Assembly (NCBI GenBank): GCA_963721455.1
Contig: CAVRJG010000034.1
Coordinates: 1-21,489, forward strand
Length of the DNA stretch: 21,489 nucleotides
Direction of reading: 5' to 3'
From: an uncultured Methanosarcinaceae archaeon
Lineage (GTDB): Archaea; Halobacteriota; Methanosarcinia; Methanosarcinales; Methanosarcinaceae
Part shown: positions 17,437 through 21,489 of the stretch, in pieces
How positions within the stretch are numbered: position 1 is the stretch's first letter
Layout of the letters: every line of letters starts with the position of its first letter
Position numbers and translations under genes: made by a program
Notes under the pieces: model-generated
What the model was told of the DNA's origin: nothing
Database searches by the model: none
What the model saw: only the letters and a program-made list of their open reading frames with translations

Positions 17437-18692
17437 GTGCATCGATTCCATACTTCTTGAATACAAATTAATATAATACTTTGATTATAATAATATTTAT
17501 GGGTCGTATAAGCCGCCGTTCCAAGTTATCACTCACTAGAGAAGAAGAAGATTACTTGATTAAGTTAAGTAATTCCAGAAGTCAATCAGCAAGCCTTGTT
17601 GAACGAGCTAAAATTGTGCTTTTAAGCTTTCAGGGAATAAACGATACTGAAATCTCTCTGGAATTAAACGTTGCTTACAATACCGTAAGAACTCGAATAC
17701 GAAGAGTTTTGGATTTTGGAGTTAGAGAAAGCCTGAAGGATAAAATCGGAGGTGGAAGACCAAGAACGATTACAGACGAATCTCGTGCATGGATGATCAA
17801 GGTTGCATGTATGAAACCAAAAGATTTTGGGTATCCACATGAAATATGGACACAGAGACTCTTAACTAAATATGTGCAGAAAAACTGTGTCAAGGAAGGA
17901 CATCCTGAATTATCAAAGATAAGTCAGGGAACGATTTCAAAAATCTTGAATGCAAGTAGCATAAAACCACATAAAATCAAGTATTACACCGCCAAAGTGG
18001 ACCCAGATTTTGATGAAAAGGCAACGAAAGTTTTGGGCACATATAAAGAAGTTAAAAAACTAAAAAAGAAAATTAAAAAAAAGAAAACGTTAGATAGAGC
18101 AATATTTTCATGTGATGAAAAAACAGGTATTCAAGCTATTGGGAATAAGTATCCAGATCTGATGCCAGTACAAGGAAAATATCCTAAGATGGCAAGGGAT
18201 CATGAGTATATTAGACATGGTACTCTTTCATTATTTGCTTGTACGGATCTGATTACTGGGAAAGTTCATCACAAAGTTTTTGAAAAAAATAGAAGTCGTG
18301 AGTTTATTGAGATTTTGAAAGAAATAATTTCAGATTACCAGGATACAAAAATAGTCGTGATTCTTGATAACTACATAATACACATATCAGAAGAAACTAA
18401 AAAATATCTAAGTACCTTGAAAAAGGGAAAGTTAAAGTTCGTATTCACACCAATACATGGAAGCTGGTTGAATATTATTGAAAGTTTCTTCAGCAAAATG
18501 ATTAGAAGCTTTTTAAGGGCAATAAGAGTAGAATCTGTAGAGGAATTGAAGGATAGGATTGCTCAATACATAAATTTACTCAATGAGGAACCTGTGATAT
18601 TTATGTGGAAATATAAAGTTGAAGAAAAAGATAAGATTCCTGGTGGAATTACGATCTGAAAAAAATATGCAATTAATTTGGAATCGATGCAC
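17437..18692 (+). mobile_element. IS630 family insertion sequence
   Basis: TIR GTGCATCGATTCCA / TGGAATCGATGCAC, flanked by TA duplication; reconstructed target ATTCTAGAAT is palindromic. Confidence 0.93.
17499..18659 (+). CDS. IS630 family transposase (single ORF, 386 aa)
   Basis: N-terminal HTH (ERAKIVLL..GGGRPRTIT..WTQRLL), DDE triad FSCDEKTG / VVILDNY / SWLNIIESFF; ATG at 17499. Confidence 0.95.
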   Translation: MGRISRRSKLSLTREEEDYLIKLSNSRSQSASLVERAKIVLLSFQGINDTEISLELNVAYNTVRTRIRRVLDFGVRESLKDKIGGGRPRTITDESRAWMIKVACMKPKDFGYPHEIWTQRLLTKYVQKNCVKEGHPELSKISQGTISKILNASSIKPHKIKYYTAKVDPDFDEKATKVLGTYKEVKKLKKKIKKKKTLDRAIFSCDEKTGIQAIGNKYPDLMPVQGKYPKMARDHEYIRHGTLSLFACTDLITGKVHHKVFEKNRSREFIEILKEIISDYQDTKIVVILDNYIIHISEETKKYLSTLKKGKLKFVFTPIHGSWLNIIESFFSKMIRSFLRAIRVESVEELKDRIAQYINLLNEEPVIFMWKYKVEEKDKIPGGITI

Positions 18693-18757
18693 TAGAATAT
18701 CACTGCTATATTTTAGCAGTACTTGATGTATAATTCCATGAATATTTTCTGCAGATT

Positions 18758-18792
18758 AAAAAAGAAGAAGTTCCCTAAAAAGGAAACTTCTT
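18758..18792 (-). terminator. Hairpin plus T-tract downstream of S-layer fragment
   Basis: AAGAAGTTCC ... GGAAACTTCTT imperfect stem; T-run follows on the minus strand. Confidence 0.5.
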
Positions 18793-18811
18793 TAAAACGG
18801 TTTTCAAATCA

Positions 18812-19066
18812 TTACTCTAAAGGGGGCAGTTGAATAGTCTCAGTTGTTACTTTATCGTCTATGTCGTAATCGAATGCCGCAAACTGTGTAGCGTCGACTT
18901 TTAAGTCTTCACCGTTACCCTGGACGTCGATAATATTATCAATATCTGAACCATCGAATACTGGGCCTCTTATTTCTACTCCTTGAGCTGCTGCAGGTCC
19001 TATAATCATAAACATAATTGTTATAGAAAGACAGAATGCCGTTATCTGCCTATAAAATGCTTTCAT
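18812..19066 (-). pseudogene. N-terminal fragment of Methanosarcina S-layer-type (DUF1608) protein
   Basis: GGAGG RBS, signal peptide ending PAAA, then VEIRGPV..ATQFAAFDYDIDDKVTTETI; stops after 84 aa. Confidence 0.75.
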
Positions 19067-19420
19067 TTTCCATTCCTCCTAATTTTTCCATTACATTTTA
19101 ACTTAATTTACTCACCTTAAATATTCATATATTGGATTAATTCCCGTTTTTGTTAGTTTATTTTTTATGCTAACATTCATAAATTCTTGTATGATGTAGC
19201 TAAATTTTATGAACGTCCTTTGTTTTCTCAACAACTGCCCAAATAAATTATTATTGGTGTGAACTTCATTAAGTTTTATACTCACTCCGTGAGTTGTTGT
19301 GAATAAGGTGGCTTCTTCATTTCCGGGATAATATTAACATTGGGCCCTCTCGCATATTATCCCGGCCTCCGTTTGAGTATTCTGTAGATCATTTTTATTG
19401 TGTATTTTATAGAACTCGAA

Positions 19421-19554
19421 GAAGAAACAGAATCAATCAACGAGTTAGAAACCGATTAATTCACTTTTCTTTTTTTATTTCCTTTTTGTGCTATCATCAG
19501 CTCCGGATCCGCACAGGCCTGGCTGGATCTCAGGTTAAAATCAGTGAGTAAAGG
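19421..19554 (+). repeat. Duplicated gene end + T-tract + GC-rich motif, copy 1
   Basis: Encodes EETESINELETD* then TTCACTTTTCTTTTTTT and GCTCCGGATCCGCACAGGCCTGGCTGGAT; homologous to 20233-20363. Confidence 0.85.
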
Positions 19555-19989
19555 CTTTTCCTGATTGGAGAATAAAACAAGTGTTCAGGGGCTTGCACAA
19601 GGTATAGGTGTAAAAACTACATTGTGTGGACACGGTAGTTTCTTGCACAAGCCCGATGGATAATAAAATGGGATAATTGAAAAACTTTTCTTTTTGGCTT
19701 GGTAATACAGTTGGTTTACCATCCTCTACAGGGCTGGAAATGCAGGAAAAGAAGTTACAATTATTGTACATGGAGATAAGAAGGACGATGACGAAAAAAA
19801 CGAAACTGCTTAAAAACACAATAGAACCCTTCACTGTTACGTTTTGGGCTGTCGTGGTTTGTTATGGCTGTTTTCGGGCTACTATTGGGACGGAAGAAGG
19901 CACACTGATAATCGGGAAAAAAGAAAAAAGGCAGGAAAACTTAACATGCTGGTAGAACGAATTAAAGAGTTAAAAGGGGAGTGGAATGT

Positions 19990-20271
19990 ATGACTAAAAT
20001 GACTCTAATCGAAGCACTTGAAAAACTCGCATTAATCAAAAAAAACGGACTCGATACACTGATCCAAATTCAAGATAGTAAAAATGAACCTATTACAATT
20101 ATTGAGGCAATTGAAGCTATTAGGAACGATGCTATAGACATTTATGAAGCTGATAATTATGTCATAAGTGGTGACGGAATCCAGAAAGTAGGGGATGACG
20201 GATATCTAGGCGATATTGTATATCGAGTTAAAGACGAAACAGAACCGATCAATGAAATGGAAAACGATTAA
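19990..20271 (+). CDS. Acidic hypothetical protein (~93 aa)
   Basis: ORF with purine-rich RBS-like sequence, followed by T-tract; its C-terminus has a paralogous relic at ~19400-19459. Confidence 0.65.
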   Translation: MTKMTLIEALEKLALIKKNGLDTLIQIQDSKNEPITIIEAIEAIRNDAIDIYEADNYVISGDGIQKVGDDGYLGDIVYRVKDETEPINEMEND

Positions 20272-20363
20272 TTCACTTTTCTTTTTTTCCTTTTTGCGCC
20301 ATCCATCCGCTCCGGATCCGCGCAGGCCTGACCGGATAACATGCTATAATCAATAAGTAAAGG
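20233..20363 (+). repeat. Duplicated gene end + T-tract + GC-rich motif, copy 2
   Basis: DETEPINEMEND*, TTCACTTTTCTTTTTTT, GCTCCGGATCCGCGCAGGCCTGACCGGAT; homology ends at the MITE. Confidence 0.85.
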
Positions 20364-20511
20364 GATTCCGTTGCAAAAAATATTTCTGCAATTTGACACT
20401 ATAATTTTTACCGTTATGTGTCATTTTCGCTCGAATGAAAATAATTACCTTTCCGAATTGTGATGGTTTTTACTGATTTTGTGAAAAAGCCAGATTTTTT
20501 GCAACGGAACC
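20364..20511 (+). mobile_element. IS6-type MITE copy 7 (148 bp, subtype A1)
   Basis: GATTCCGTTGCAAAAA (one substitution) ... TTTTTGCAACGGAACC; no TSD. Confidence 0.88.
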
Positions 20512-20553
20512 CTATCTTTGGTTTTCTTTTTATTTTGTTGTATCATTAGAAAG

Positions 20554-20572
20554 GATTTTTTGCAACGGAACC
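20554..20572. mobile_element. Orphan IS6-type TIR
   Basis: GATTTTTTGCAACGGAACC, 61 bp after copy 7, same orientation. Confidence 0.7.
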
Positions 20573-20625
20573 AATTTGAGAACCACTCCTCTATTACGGT
20601 TTTCAGTAACTGATCGCTATGACCC

Positions 20626-20902
20626 TTATTTCCAGGCCTTCAGTTTCAAGCTCTCCACAGGCAGGCATCCACACCGCCTTTCGCTTATATCTAAATCTTC
20701 AGATAAAATTTCAACTGAAAATCCGGCTTTTTCCAAAAGTCTGAGATACTCTTCTTTTAATAACGCACCTGCAATACAGCCTGCCAGCATGTCTTTGTCG
20801 TTTTTCAGGTATTCAGGAAGCTCGGCCAGAAGAACCATGTCTGAAATGTACATTCTTCCCTTTGGCTTCAGGACCCGAAAGGCTTCACTGAATACTTTTT
20901 CC
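20626..20902 (-). pseudogene. arsM: 3' fragment of arsenite S-adenosylmethionine methyltransferase
   Basis: [47 protein letters not shown]; 5' part replaced by MITE at 20903. Confidence 0.8.
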
Positions 20903-21051
20903 GGTTCCGTTGCAAAAAATCTGGCTATTTTACAAAATCAGTGAAAAACATCACAATTGGGATATTAAGATGTTATAAACAGGTCAATAATGGTACAAAA
21001 AGCAATCTTTATAGCCTAAAAAGGCAGTAAAATTATTTTTGCAACGGAACC
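20903..21051 (-). mobile_element. IS6-type MITE copy 8 (reverse, 149 bp, subtype A2)
   Basis: GGTTCCGTTGCAAAAAATCTGG ... ATTATTTTTGCAACGGAACC; no TSD. Confidence 0.9.
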
Positions 21052-21489
21052 TTTTTTCTCGCCTAATAGACATAAAACCACTAAGAAGAACGTCCTTGAA
21101 GCCTGTGCAATTACGGCATATCATCAGAGTACAGACATACCTGTGGTTACCTTCCTTTTGAGTGATGATGCACGTCAATTCAAACAAATTGCATATCATC
21201 ATTCTCTTTGTTGGATTCATGACGGAAGAAACTACAAGAAATTGAGACCAATAGTACCTTACCATAAAGAAAAGCTGGGAGCTTTTCTGGAACGGTGCTG
21301 GGACGTTTATGGGGAACTCTGTGAGTTTGGAATAAATCCCAATTCAGAGGTAGCGAAGCAATTATCTGAAAAGTTCAATCAGTTGTTTTCGATCAAAACA
21401 GGATACGAACAGTTGGACGAAAGAATCGGTAAGACGAAAGAGAACAGACATTTGTTAAAGGTACTCATTTTACCAGAGATTCCACTACA
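21052..21489 (+). pseudogene. Internal fragment of IS66-family transposase, 5'-truncated by MITE, runs off window
   Basis: Open frame not in ORF track: LLSDDARQFKQIAYHHSLCWIHDGRNYKKL..KTGYEQLDERI..LPEIPL. Confidence 0.85.

Noticed and set aside
13041-17893. ORFs 13041-13238, 13519-13809, 15054-15263, 15224-15460, 17675-17893
   Set aside because: Antisense to hydrolase, SEC-C pseudogene or IS630 transposase.
1289-21051. 150-bp repeats as integron attC-like sites used by the tyrosine recombinase
   Set aside because: Only the terminal ~16 bp are complementary, orientations are mixed, genes are cut mid-ORF, and the ends match IS6-family TIRs; the recombinase shows no IntI features.
1289-21051. 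Repeats as a CRISPR array
   Set aside because: Irregular kb-scale spacing, both orientations, no cas genes.
19541-21265. ORFs 19541-19834, 19677-19955, 20576-20944, 20984-21265 as real genes
   Set aside because: No motifs; antisense to arsM/IS66 fragments, running into MITEs, or apparent chimeras of decayed frames.

Overview
AT-rich accessory/mobile 'graveyard' region, very probably from a Methanosarcina-type archaeon (DUF1699, S-layer N-terminus, ArsM, KKPWxKFW coiled-coil and pentapeptide proteins typical of the genus; inferred from protein recognition, not a search). Apparently intact genes: 3' end of a ComEC-like MBL/lamin-tail gene + DUF3006, a plasmid-like partition module (octamer array + ParA + putative RHH partner), an HTH_45 regulator, DUF1699, a KUP K+ transporter, a minimal tyrosine recombinase, a pentapeptide-repeat protein, a secreted alpha/beta hydrolase and an IS630 element. 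Many others are broken (Fic, SEC-C, ArsM, S-layer, IS66). The dominant unannotated structure is a ~150-bp non-coding element with IS6/IS26-type ends (GGTTC(C/T)G(T/G)TGCAAAAA): 7 complete copies, 1 truncated copy and 5 orphan ends (20 ends in 21.5 kb). None has a target-site duplication and they often sit exactly at gene breakpoints, dividing the window into gene modules, as expected for IS26-like assembly by a non-autonomous MITE. Three other MITE families are present, one nested inside an IS6-type MITE.
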